Source: an uncultured Poribacteria bacterium
Lineage (GTDB): Bacteria > Poribacteria > WGA-4E > WGA-3G
Assembly: GCA_958296135.2 (NCBI GenBank)
Contig: CATQHZ020000001.1
Coordinates: 3,072,001-3,136,000 of the forward strand
DNA: 64,000 nucleotides
Reading direction: 5' to 3'
Shown here: positions 9,398 through 18,980 of the stretch, in pieces
Layout: each line of letters opens with the position of its first letter
How positions within the stretch are numbered: the first letter of the stretch is position 1
Position numbers and translations under genes: made by a program
Notes under the pieces: generated by a model
Databases searched by the model: none
What the model was told of the DNA's origin: nothing
What the model saw: only the letters and a program-made list of their open reading frames with translations

Positions 9398-10717
9398 CTA
9401 CTGCAGAAATTCAGCGGGCAGCAGCCGATGCACTGCATCAACGACTAACTGCTCCACGCCGGGGGCGAAGCGAGTCGGCGGGCCGAAATAGAGCATCGCG
9501 TCGCCGCCCTCATATCCTCCCTCGGCGAGGACGCGCTCAGATGGGATATAGCCGGGAAAGGCGTTGGCGTAGGCCCCTACCCACAGCCGCGCTGCATCGA
9601 ATTCGTGTTTTAACCGAAGCGAATAGTCAACCACTACTTCACTGGCAAGGAAAACGATGGCGAGTTCGTCCCCGAAAGTCCATGTCTGCACCGGGTAAGA
9701 GAGTTCCGTTTGCAAGGGTTCTCCCCGCTGTAGCCGTTCGAGATGCTTTTGCGCGTGGTATCCAACGGCCCCTCCCGCCGCGACGCGTGCTTTCCACTCG
9801 TCAGGCGTGGGTAGCGTATCAAACGGCAGGTTTACGCGTTCAAACGAACCTGTCGGCGTTTGGGAGAGCGGCGTGGCATTGGATGCTAGAAGGCGTTGGA
9901 CTTCCTGCGCGAGTGCTTCTCCGTGTTCTTTCGCATAGGCGAGGCGCGTCTGAAAAACCTCCTGTTGTCTATCGGGCATCGGCATCATCCGCGATGCAGG
10001 ATTCGCGTCCGCGCCGCATCCGATAGAGATTAACGCCGTTGTGCCGGGGTTTGTCTCCTGAATTGCCTCTTGCGCGTATCCGGCCCAGTCGCCGCAGATG
10101 TGATTGTCGGTGCCTGCCAACGTGGTGCAGTGGCATGCGTAACTTGCCCACACGGCACGCAAGGCACCATCTTCACCGGTGACTTGTAGCATCGGCAAAG
10201 AATGCTCAGCGGGTCCGCCCTGAGTTCGCCGATTTTTGGCGAAGTCCAATTCGCCGATGCTCCACTGCACTTGACACGGTTCACGATTTGTCAGTGCCTC
10301 CAGCGCGGCTTCCTCTAGCCAATCGCCGAGTTGTCGGGTATACCGGTAGATCTTTTCTTGCTGTTCCGGCGGTATATCTGAACTGAAAAGGAAAGGCGCG
10401 GCGTTGGTGAGGCATGGCGCGCTGTGCGTGTGCGTAAAACATGCGACAAAATGTGCCCGGGAGAGCCCAGTCTTCTGCTTGACGCGGTGCGCTATTTCCT
10501 CGGTAAGTTCATCTGGTAAGCCGCAGTTTTCGACGGTTACGACGACAACCGGTTCCTCGGTTTCACTGCCGATGGCGAGGGCTTTCGCCCAAATCCGCTG
10601 AATGATGCCCTCGGATTCGGTGCGTCGGCTACCGTAGCCGCTGAGGCGAATTGGGTAATCTGGCGTGATGTCCACTTGGGCAACGCCTACCTCAAGAGTG
10701 TTGTGTTTGTGATTCAT
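9398..10717 (-). CDS. Neutral/alkaline ceramidase-like hydrolase
   Basis: DITP..IRLSGYG, THTHSAP, YACHCT, GYIPS, GGYEG. Confidence 0.75.
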   Translation of the reverse strand: MNHKHNTLEVGVAQVDITPDYPIRLSGYGSRRTESEGIIQRIWAKALAIGSETEEPVVVVTVENCGLPDELTEEIAHRVKQKTGLSRAHFVACFTHTHSAPCLTNAAPFLFSSDIPPEQQEKIYRYTRQLGDWLEEAALEALTNREPCQVQWSIGELDFAKNRRTQGGPAEHSLPMLQVTGEDGALRAVWASYACHCTTLAGTDNHICGDWAGYAQEAIQETNPGTTALISIGCGADANPASRMMPMPDRQQEVFQTRLAYAKEHGEALAQEVQRLLASNATPLSQTPTGSFERVNLPFDTLPTPDEWKARVAAGGAVGYHAQKHLERLQRGEPLQTELSYPVQTWTFGDELAIVFLASEVVVDYSLRLKHEFDAARLWVGAYANAFPGYIPSERVLAEGGYEGGDAMLYFGPPTRFAPGVEQLVVDAVHRLLPAEFLQ

Positions 10718-10733
10718 GTCCGTTTCCTCATTT

Positions 10734-11900
10734 CTACCAATGCAGCGTGAATGCCACTAGGTGACTTGCCGCTGTAATCGGGATGTTCGTAAAAGGGCTA
10801 CGCAAAGTATATTCTGTAGAGAGCGTGCCAAGCGTTAAGGCGATGCCGATGGAAAAGTGAGGCGTTGCTTCAACGCGCCCAGTGCCCATGCGGAGGGCCA
10901 TGGCGAAACCATTCTCCCATGCCCGATGGAATTCGGTGCCCAGTGCCCAATCCATACCGCTAGTTCCCGTGGCCCGTGATACATCTGCGGCGAGGGCAAT
11001 CCATTCCAAAGGTTCATACGCGATACCGATGCCGAGCTTGAGCGGGAGAGGTTCAACCAAATCTGCACGCAGGATATTTTCAAAGAGAACGCCTACCTGT
11101 ATCGGTTTTAGGCGCGAGAACCGGACCTCGTGCTGCAACCCGACATCCAATTCCAACTGACCGGATGTCCTATCGATTTCGGGATGATTCTCATGGATAA
11201 TATCCCGGACTCTGTCGCCGAATTGCAACGCCTCAACGATTGCTGGAATGAATTGTTCCGGTGTGCGCGTATCTATATCCGGTCCGTGCCGTGCCGCCAA
11301 ATTTAAGGTGGACACCAGCGTGCCGCGCCTCACATTTTGTGTTATCCACTTGAGCCGTGCCCCCGCCACCGTCTTTCCAATCTGGCGGCCGAGGCACAGT
11401 ATCCAACGTCCTTCGCGGAACAAAGCGTAGTCTGTGCTGAGGTCTGTCTGTGAAGAAAACTGGCGGTTATTCGTATCATATTCAGCGCGAGTGGCAGAAA
11501 ACGTGACATTCGCAAAATGGGTGAATGTCGTTGCATAGCCGATGCTAGTTCCCCACTTTCCGAAGGCGTGCGAGTAGTAAGATGCAGGGTAAACGTCGAT
11601 GCCTGCTTCGGCGGCGAACTGGTGCTTGTCTTCAAAGGGCATCGCGCCCGGGAGGGCGCGCCTGCTGGTTTTCGGCAATTCTCCCCAGTGCAGATTTTCG
11701 GCGGCAATTCCGAAAGCGAGATTATGGTTTTGCACGTGAATTAACGATGCCGGATTGCCAAAGATGCCAGCGTCTGCTGTGCGCGTTGCGATGCGGGTGC
11801 CGCCCATTCCAAGGCTGCGGAGCCTCTCGTCTGCGGATGCGCGTGAGGGCAGGCTGGCGGCGAGTATGTAAAGTGCGACGAGCCATGCTTTCAAAGTCAC
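10734..11900 (-). CDS. Exported putative outer-membrane beta-barrel protein
   Basis: Signal peptide; RSLGMGG...FGNPASL as in FadL/PorV/TraF-like barrels; C-terminal aromatic residue. Confidence 0.5.
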   Translation of the reverse strand: MTLKAWLVALYILAASLPSRASADERLRSLGMGGTRIATRTADAGIFGNPASLIHVQNHNLAFGIAAENLHWGELPKTSRRALPGAMPFEDKHQFAAEAGIDVYPASYYSHAFGKWGTSIGYATTFTHFANVTFSATRAEYDTNNRQFSSQTDLSTDYALFREGRWILCLGRQIGKTVAGARLKWITQNVRRGTLVSTLNLAARHGPDIDTRTPEQFIPAIVEALQFGDRVRDIIHENHPEIDRTSGQLELDVGLQHEVRFSRLKPIQVGVLFENILRADLVEPLPLKLGIGIAYEPLEWIALAADVSRATGTSGMDWALGTEFHRAWENGFAMALRMGTGRVEATPHFSIGIALTLGTLSTEYTLRSPFTNIPITAASHLVAFTLHW

Positions 11901-12835
11901 TCTACACCTATCGCCTCGGCGAAGATATCCTCAAGCGAGTGCTTCACCTCGCGCAGTTGGCGCAGTTGGATACCACATTCCAATGCTAATCTGAAAAAAC
12001 ATCTCGGGTCTGTTTCATCAGTCCGTGCGTTTTCACGGGTGGTGACTCGGAGTCTGCCGCCCGATTTGAGTTCGGCCAGATACCGATTGCGTTCCAATGC
12101 GCGAACGTAAGCCACCCCGGCATCCTCACTACCACCGACAATCTTCAGGTCGAACGCGCGATGTTGCTGTTTCTTCAACGCCTCTATGTTGCCGTGGACG
12201 ACAACGCGGCCGTCGTGGAGTGCGATGACCTCCTGACACGCTGTCTCAACATCGGGCAATAGATGCGAGGACAAAATGGTGTTAATCCCCTTGTTGGCGG
12301 AGATGTCTTTTACGAGGGAGATCATCTCCTCGCGTCCACTTGTATCCATGCCGTTGGTGGGTTCATCGAGGAACAACAGTTTTGCGTCATGGACGAGTGC
12401 CTGCGCGAGTTTCACCCGCTGTTTCATTCCTGTTGAGTATTCGCCGACTGGGCGGTAGCGTTCTTCGTCAACGCCGACGTAATAGAGGACTTCGTGGGCG
12501 CGTTGTAGTGCATCGCGGGCCGGCATCCCGCACAACTCGCCGGCGTAAGCCACCAATTGCACGGCGTTCATTCCTGGGATTAAGCAGTCATCTTCGGGCA
12601 TATAGCCTACCTGTTGGCGGATGGCTAAGGCGTGCGTCTGGATATCCATGCCGAAGATGGCCGCGCTTCCTTCGGTTGGCGGAACGAAGCCGAGCAGCGT
12701 CTTCAGCAGCGTGCTTTTGCCTGCACCGTTCGGACCGAGGAGGCCGATGGCACCTCCTTTTACTTCTAGCGAGAGTGAATCCAACGCCGGACGAGTGCCA
12801 TAAGAGACAGAGAGATTTTTGAGTGTGATTACCAT
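11897..12835 (-). CDS. ABC transporter ATP-binding protein
   Basis: GPNGAGKST, YSTGMKQR, LFLDEPT, SSH. Confidence 0.92.
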   Translation of the reverse strand: MVITLKNLSVSYGTRPALDSLSLEVKGGAIGLLGPNGAGKSTLLKTLLGFVPPTEGSAAIFGMDIQTHALAIRQQVGYMPEDDCLIPGMNAVQLVAYAGELCGMPARDALQRAHEVLYYVGVDEERYRPVGEYSTGMKQRVKLAQALVHDAKLLFLDEPTNGMDTSGREEMISLVKDISANKGINTILSSHLLPDVETACQEVIALHDGRVVVHGNIEALKKQQHRAFDLKIVGGSEDAGVAYVRALERNRYLAELKSGGRLRVTTRENARTDETDPRCFFRLALECGIQLRQLREVKHSLEDIFAEAIGVE

Positions 12836-12894
12836 TTTTCGTGATTTGTAAGGGCAATACTAGTTCGATGGGCGGAAACCATAGAAATCCGCTC

Positions 12895-14286
12895 TTAAGA
12901 TTTATGAGATGGCTTGTAGTTTCGTTCAACACGGTTGCTTATTTGCGTGAGAATGTGATATGAAATCGTGCCGGCGCGCGTGGCAATTTCATCAATGCCG
13001 AGCTCAGCGTCTCCCTGTTTACCGATTAGCACTGCTTCATCCCCAACTGAGACGTTGTCTGAAGGTTCTAGTTGGACGACGGTTACGTCCATGCAGATGC
13101 GCCCCGCAATTGGCCTGCGTTTGCCGGCGATTAATACCTCTCCGCCAATCGGTGCATGGCGAGGGACAGGCCCTCGCCCTACGGTAGTTGTCGGTTTCGG
13201 TGTCTGGTGAGGGACAGGCCCTCGCTCTACGGTAGACATCGGTTTCGGTGCATGGCGAGTGGCTGTTCCTGTCTCTACGGTAGTTGTCGGTTTCGGTGTC
13301 TGGTGAGGGACAGGCCCTCGCCCTACGGTAGTTGTCGGTTTCGGTGTCTGGCGAGGGATAGGCCCTGGCTCTACGGTAGTTGTCGGTTTCGGTGCGTGGC
13401 GAATGACAGGCCCTCGCCCTACGGTGGGAGGATTGGATAGCGCGCGCGGATATCCATCGCCGTAGCCTACCTGTAACGCTGCTACGCGAGTTCGGCGTGG
13501 TGCCCGATACGTCAACCCGTAACTCACGCCTTCGCCTGCTTCGAGCCACCCCACCCATCCGATGCGTGTTTTCCATGTGAGGGCCGGTTGCAACGGAATC
13601 GGTTTTTCTGCCGATGGGTAGATACCGTATAGACTCAAACCGGGGCGAACAGCATCGAAACGCGCTTCTGGTATCGTTAGCGTTGCAGCACTGTTCGCCG
13701 CGTGAACCGTCGTCGTAACCGGCAGGGCGCGTTTATCAAGCACTGCCGAGAACCGCTCAAGTTGCAGGTAGGCATAACTTTTGTCTACCTCGTCGGCGGT
13801 TGCGAAGTGCGTGAAGATGCCTCCGATTTCAAGTTGCTTTAGCGTTTTCAACTTCTCTAAAAATGCTTTCGCCTCTGTCCAATGGACTCCGCCTCGATTC
13901 ATGCCGGTATTAATGTCAACATGCACGGGGAGTCGCGTGCGGGAAATTGCGCCTACTAACCTTTGCGCCAACTGCCAATTGTCAATCGCCGGTGTCAATT
14001 GATGTGCAACGAGTGCCTCCGCCAATTCGGGGAGGGGGCTCAACAGAATCAGGATGGGCTTGTGAATGCCAGCCTTGCGCAGTTCGATGCCCTCTTCTAC
14101 CGTGGCAACGGCGAACATGTCAGCGATTTCGTGCAGTGCCAGTGCGACGCGTACTGCGCCGTGTCCATAGGCATCTGCCTTGATAACGGTGATGAGACAG
14201 GTGCCAGTATGTGCCTTGATTGCCGTTGCGTTCGCTGCAATCGCCTGCAAGTCTACTTCTATCCACGTGCGTGAAAATGTCATCAT
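12895..14286 (-). CDS. alr: Alanine racemase with a ~90 aa repeat insertion
   Basis: VIKADAYGHG PLP motif, TGMNRGG, HAANSAA, VSYG, GYGDGYPR, GRICMD. Confidence 0.93.
   Translation of the reverse strand: MMTFSRTWIEVDLQAIAANATAIKAHTGTCLITVIKADAYGHGAVRVALALHEIADMFAVATVEEGIELRKAGIHKPILILLSPLPELAEALVAHQLTPAIDNWQLAQRLVGAISRTRLPVHVDINTGMNRGGVHWTEAKAFLEKLKTLKQLEIGGIFTHFATADEVDKSYAYLQLERFSAVLDKRALPVTTTVHAANSAATLTIPEARFDAVRPGLSLYGIYPSAEKPIPLQPALTWKTRIGWVGWLEAGEGVSYGLTYRAPRRTRVAALQVGYGDGYPRALSNPPTVGRGPVIRHAPKPTTTVEPGPIPRQTPKPTTTVGRGPVPHQTPKPTTTVETGTATRHAPKPMSTVERGPVPHQTPKPTTTVGRGPVPRHAPIGGEVLIAGKRRPIAGRICMDVTVVQLEPSDNVSVGDEAVLIGKQGDAELGIDEIATRAGTISYHILTQISNRVERNYKPSHKS
13150..13425 (-). repeat. Tandem array of about six 48 bp REP-containing units within alr
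   Basis: Unit tcggtg(c/t)(a/c)tgg(c/t)gagggacaggccctcgccctacggtagttgtcggtt, translated as TVGRGPVPHQTPKPTT. Confidence 0.92.
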
Positions 14287-14364
14287 GAAATATGATACCA
14301 CAGATAGCGTTTTTTTGCCTAACGGTTTGGCGCGCCCTCTAACTATTGCACCCTTAACGGGGTT

Positions 14365-15144
14365 TTAGAGGGACGGGGACTTTTCCTTTTTCTCTCTGAA
14401 TCGCAGAAATAGCAGGATAAAAACAATTGAGTTCACCAACAACATCGTCGAGATAGCGTTGATTTTTGGCGTGATGCCGAATTTGAGTAGCGAATAGATA
14501 TGCACCGACAGCGTCGTCCATCCGACTCCCGCGGTAAAGAACGTGATGACAAAATCGTCAATGGAGAGTGTGAATGCGAGCAATGCGCCGCCGATAATTC
14601 CCGGTGCGATGAGCGGTAGCGTTATCCGCCAAAACGTCTGCCACTGGGTGGCACCTAGGTCGAGTGCTGCGTCCTCTACGCTGTTATCGTACCCCTGCAA
14701 GCGTGCTCTGACGACGATGGTAACGTAAGCGATATTGAAAACGCCGTGCGCGATGATCAGTGATATGATTCCAAGTGGGATGCGCGCTTGCACGTAAAAT
14801 GTGAGTAGCGCAATCGCCAGGACGATGTCCGGAATGATGATTGGGAGGTAGAGACATCGCACTAACGCCGCGCGAAACCGAAACCGGTGGCGTTCAATGG
14901 CGAGCGCGGTGGCTGTCCCGATAACGGTGGCGATGAGCGTTGCGGCCCCTGCTACTATCAAACTATTTCGGCATGCGCGCCATAACGCTGCGTCCTCAAA
15001 CAACGCCGCATACCAATTGAACGTGAACCCCTGCCACACTGCTGTCTGTTCGCTGCTGTTGAATGAGAACGCGACGACTGTCAGGATGGGAACGTAGAGG
15101 AAGAGGAAAACTACGGCGATGTTGATTTCAAGGAGGCGTTTCAT
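14365..15144 (-). CDS. potC: Polyamine ABC transporter permease
   Basis: Hydrophobic; EDAALDLGA EAA loop; SIDDFVIT. Confidence 0.85.
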   Translation of the reverse strand: MKRLLEINIAVVFLFLYVPILTVVAFSFNSSEQTAVWQGFTFNWYAALFEDAALWRACRNSLIVAGAATLIATVIGTATALAIERHRFRFRAALVRCLYLPIIIPDIVLAIALLTFYVQARIPLGIISLIIAHGVFNIAYVTIVVRARLQGYDNSVEDAALDLGATQWQTFWRITLPLIAPGIIGGALLAFTLSIDDFVITFFTAGVGWTTLSVHIYSLLKFGITPKINAISTMLLVNSIVFILLFLRFREKKEKSPSL

Positions 15145-16001
15145 TTTCCTGTCGCCTCCCCATCGTCTTCACGGCCTTGCAAGGTGCGGAAATAGAGCAC
15201 TGTTCCCGCCAGCACAATGCACATCAGCATGAACGACAGCGCGGAACCGAACGGCCAATCTCGCGCCGATTTGAATTGCCGTTCAACGACGTTTCCGATG
15301 TAACTCACCTTCCCGCCGCCGAGTAAATCTGGGGTGATAAACGCGCCGACGGTGGGGATGAAAACCAACATGGATCCGGCGAGGATGCCGGGGAGGCTGA
15401 GCGGCACGGTGACGTGCCAGAAGGTGCGACGTGGCGATGCGCCTAAATCTTGTGCTGCCTCCATTAGTGACATGTCCAGTTGTTCTAGTGAGGCATACAG
15501 CGGCAAAATCATAAACGGCAGATATCCGTAGACGAGCCCGATCTGCACCGCTATCGGCGTGTTGAGCAGTTCCACCGGACCGGCAGTCGGGATGAGCACG
15601 GCGAGCAGGCTGTTTAAAACGCCTTCCGTTCGCAAGAGCAGCATCCATGCGTAGGTGCGGATGAGAAAATTTGTCCAAAAGGGAACGACGACTAGCAATA
15701 ACAGGACGTTTCGCCATTTCGGCTGATACCGCGCCAGATAGTAGGCGAACGGGTAGCCGAGTAGCAAACATAAGGCTGTCGCCACAATTGCCGTGGAGAC
15801 TGAACGCCACAGGATACCGAGGTAGAGCCCGTCAAACAGCCGCTGATAGTTTTCCAATGTGAAGTTCCACTGCACGCCGCCATAAGTGCCGCGCTCTATA
15901 AAACTATACGCAAACACGGACAGCAGCGGAATGATGAAGAAGCAGAGGAGCCAAAAGACGACAGGAAATAGCAGGATGAGAAGGCGGTAGTTGCGGTGCA
16001 T
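15141..16001 (-). CDS. potB: Polyamine ABC transporter permease
   Basis: PFWTNFLIRTYAW, YLPFMILPLY, EAAQDLGA. Confidence 0.88.
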   Translation of the reverse strand: MHRNYRLLILLFPVVFWLLCFFIIPLLSVFAYSFIERGTYGGVQWNFTLENYQRLFDGLYLGILWRSVSTAIVATALCLLLGYPFAYYLARYQPKWRNVLLLLVVVPFWTNFLIRTYAWMLLLRTEGVLNSLLAVLIPTAGPVELLNTPIAVQIGLVYGYLPFMILPLYASLEQLDMSLMEAAQDLGASPRRTFWHVTVPLSLPGILAGSMLVFIPTVGAFITPDLLGGGKVSYIGNVVERQFKSARDWPFGSALSFMLMCIVLAGTVLYFRTLQGREDDGEATGK

Positions 16002-16025
16002 AGACGCGGTTTCGGCCCGTGCGGT

Positions 16026-16511
16026 TTAATAGGGGACGCGCATCCCGCGATAGAATTCAGGCTCCGTGTAATCCTTCCGCAGGGGGTACCCTATCCAATC
16101 ATCAGGGAGTAAGAGGCGGCGCAGATCGCTGTGCCCCTCGAAGTGGATGCCGTAGAGATCGAACGTTTCGCGTTCGTGCCAATTCGCCGTTTTCCAGATA
16201 TGCTCCACAGTCGGGAGGTGCGGTTCATCTTTCGGCACTGGTGCTTTGATTACCACCTTATGCCGATGTTGTATCGAGTAGAGGTGATAGACGACGGTGA
16301 ATTCCTCGTCGCGTGCGCTGAAGTCTACGCCGCTCAGCGACATCAACGAATCGAACGCTAATGTCTCGGTTTCGGCGAGGTATGCGCAGACATCGGCGAC
16401 GGCGAGGGCGGCGACGCGAATGCTCGGGTCGCCGGCAAGTTCCGCGTCAAAACCGAGGACTGCCTCGCCGAACTGCTGGGATAGCGTTTCATAAATTTCT
16501 TCGGGTTTCAC
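16026..16511 (-). CDS. nuoC: NADH-quinone oxidoreductase subunit C
   Basis: ANWHERETFDLYGI..GH..LRRLLL...PLRKDY. Confidence 0.93.
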   Translation of the reverse strand: MKPEEIYETLSQQFGEAVLGFDAELAGDPSIRVAALAVADVCAYLAETETLAFDSLMSLSGVDFSARDEEFTVVYHLYSIQHRHKVVIKAPVPKDEPHLPTVEHIWKTANWHERETFDLYGIHFEGHSDLRRLLLPDDWIGYPLRKDYTEPEFYRGMRVPY

Positions 16512-16578
16512 GTGTTTGCTTCACTCCATAGTTGAAACGGGCGGATATGGAAATCCACGCTTATAGTATCGGGTGACT

Positions 16579-17139
16579 TTACTCTGCAGCCTCTCCTTCC
16601 CCTTCGTGCTGGTACCATTCGGTTTTGGTAAAGAGTTTTTTCAGGAATGGCACGTGGGCGCGCTTGGCCACGGTCTGCGTCCGGATTTTCTCCTGCAACT
16701 TGAGCAACCCTTCGATGAGTGCTTCTGGGCGCGGGGGACATCCCGGCACGTAAACATCAACGGGGATAATCCGGTCTACGCCTTTGAGGACGTGGTATCC
16801 GTGTTGCCAATAGGGTCCGCCGCTCGTGGCGCAGCTGCCCATCGAGATGACGTATTTCGGCTCGGGCATTTGTTCGTAGAGCCGCTTGATGCGCGTTGCC
16901 ATTTTGAGTGTTACGGTGCCGGAGATAACCATCAGATCGGATTGGCGCGGTGTTGCGCGTGGCACGCCGGCCCCGAACCGGTCCAAGTCATAGTTAGAAG
17001 CCGCCGCCGCCATGAACTCAATTGCGCAGCAGGCGAGTCCGAACGTCATCGGCCAGAGTGCCGAGGAACGCGCCCAGTTGGCGACAGCATCAACGGATGT
17101 GACGATAACGTTTTTGTCGAGTTTTTCATCAATTATCAT
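16579..17139 (-). CDS. nuoB: NADH-quinone oxidoreductase subunit B
   Basis: [23 protein letters not shown]. Confidence 0.96.
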   Translation of the reverse strand: MIIDEKLDKNVIVTSVDAVANWARSSALWPMTFGLACCAIEFMAAAASNYDLDRFGAGVPRATPRQSDLMVISGTVTLKMATRIKRLYEQMPEPKYVISMGSCATSGGPYWQHGYHVLKGVDRIIPVDVYVPGCPPRPEALIEGLLKLQEKIRTQTVAKRAHVPFLKKLFTKTEWYQHEGEGEAAE

Positions 17140-17539
17140 GAGTTTCTTCCCTCCGTAGGGATTGCACTGCCAGTTGTGTGGAACGGATCCACTCCAGATC
17201 GCCCTTCGCCCAGACGTAGGCGAGGCCGACTAAGAGGATAGCGATGAAGACGAGCATCTCTAAAAATGCGAACATCCCCATTTTGCGGAAAACTACCGCC
17301 CATGGGAAAAGGAACACTGTTTCCACATCGAAAATGAGGAAGATGAGCGCGATGACGTAGAAGCGCGTGTTAAACTTAATTCGTGTGTCGCCGACCGGGT
17401 CTTCGCCGCATTCATAGGGAATATACTTCTCGCCGGAATACAACTTCGTGTGTAGTAGGCGAGAGAGAGTCAGGTTGAGTACGACAAAGAGACAGCCGAC
17501 ACCTAAGAAAATGAGTACATTTGCAAAGTTGAATAGCAT
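17129..17539 (-). CDS. nuoA: NADH-quinone oxidoreductase subunit A
   Basis: [29 protein letters not shown]. Confidence 0.95.
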   Translation of the reverse strand: MLFNFANVLIFLGVGCLFVVLNLTLSRLLHTKLYSGEKYIPYECGEDPVGDTRIKFNTRFYVIALIFLIFDVETVFLFPWAVVFRKMGMFAFLEMLVFIAILLVGLAYVWAKGDLEWIRSTQLAVQSLRREETHDN

Positions 17540-17756
17540 GTAGTTTTGTCCTTAAGCGTTTTGTGGTTAATAGTATATATTATATTGGGTTATTTTGCAA
17601 GAAAAAATGGAGTTTTTGTGTTCCTTCGGATTTCGGGCGCGCTTGGTTTCGTTTTGACTTCCGCCGCCGAGGGGAAGAGGTTGAGCCCCGTATTTGCCTC
17701 CCCTCCTTTTTGTGAAAGAAGTTACGCTGTGTTTCCATCGGAAAAGCATTGAGCTC

Positions 17757-18725
17757 TCAAAGTTTCATTTTGCTCCACGTCGTAGTCAACAGCTGCGGCT
17801 GCGGCGAAACAGGCAAACGCCTCGGATCAAACCAACTCTTAGGGAAATTGTTGCCACGCCGCGTCAACTGCGTGACACTACGGGTGCCTAAATCAATCTT
17901 GAAGATCTGGCTCCCCTCTTTAGGAACTGCTTGTGAATAGAGAAGTTCGTCACCTGTCGGAGACCAGACGGGCGCGTTTGCGAAAACGTCAACGAGCTGC
18001 TCAAGCCCACTTCCATCACGGTTCACGATGAATATGGATTGTTGCTGCGCCGCAGTTCTGTGCCAGACAAAAGCGATTTTTGTCCCATCCGGTGACCAGG
18101 CGGGTTGATACATCCTCGGCTCATCGTCAGGTAAAAGCGTCTGCTGTTTGCGGGTTTTTAAGTCAATAAAGCGGATTTGGCGGCTCGCCCAGTGAATCTC
18201 CTCTGCTACAACAAAGGCGATTTCTGTCCCCTCCGGTGCCCAGGTCGGCTGTCCGCTCTCCACGCTATTGACTTGGAGGACGCGCTTCACTAAGGTCCCG
18301 TCTGTCTTAGCGGTGTAAAGGGTTGTAACGTCGGTACCAAGGTCAGACTGCGCGTAAGCGATTCGCCTACCATCAGGCGACCAGGTGCCGCCGCTTCGGT
18401 ATGCCTTCTCAATTTTAAACAGGGGCCGCACCCGCTGTCCATCGGTGTCCATGAGATAGAGGTCGCGAGGGCCACCGCGGTCTGACATAAACAAAATCTG
18501 TTCGCCGGTCGGCGACCAGACGGGCCTGAGATCTGCCGCGCGATGATGCGTCAATCTCACTTGTTGACTGCCGTCGGGATTCATCGAAAAGATTTCCCAA
18601 TTGCCATCCCGGTTTGACGTAAACAAGATTTTTTCGGTTGCAGGTGCCTTCGCCGATACCGGACATAACAACGCGAAACTTAGGCAGCACAAACCGAAAA
18701 TGTGTAGGAGTTTTTTGATTGACAT
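17757..18725 (-). CDS. Secreted TolB-like (PD40 repeat) beta-propeller with conserved C-terminal tail
   Basis: Signal peptide; repeated WSPDG; C-terminus VSPQPQLLTTTWSKMKL; AAGGAG RBS. Confidence 0.85.
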   Translation of the reverse strand: MSIKKLLHIFGLCCLSFALLCPVSAKAPATEKILFTSNRDGNWEIFSMNPDGSQQVRLTHHRAADLRPVWSPTGEQILFMSDRGGPRDLYLMDTDGQRVRPLFKIEKAYRSGGTWSPDGRRIAYAQSDLGTDVTTLYTAKTDGTLVKRVLQVNSVESGQPTWAPEGTEIAFVVAEEIHWASRQIRFIDLKTRKQQTLLPDDEPRMYQPAWSPDGTKIAFVWHRTAAQQQSIFIVNRDGSGLEQLVDVFANAPVWSPTGDELLYSQAVPKEGSQIFKIDLGTRSVTQLTRRGNNFPKSWFDPRRLPVSPQPQLLTTTWSKMKL

Positions 18726-18980
18726 GAGAGATCTCCTTATCATTGCTATTGCTATTTTACAGTGAGACATCCGCGAAGAATTGGGCCCCGCCCTGCGTCA
18801 GTTATTTCGGAGGCGCGTCCAACCCCAATCGGTGCCCGAGCATTTTTCTTTTGACTTCAGGAAGGGACAGATATTGAAAACTGTCCTTACGAACCGAAGA
18901 AACGCGACTTGCAGCGCGCCTACCGGCATTTTAAAAGAAAAAGGGCGGATATGGACATCCGCCCTTACACCATTCAAATC

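Noticed and set aside
13150-13425. CRISPR array
   Set aside because: Units are contiguous 48 bp tandem repeats without unique spacers, in frame within alr, and no cas genes are present.
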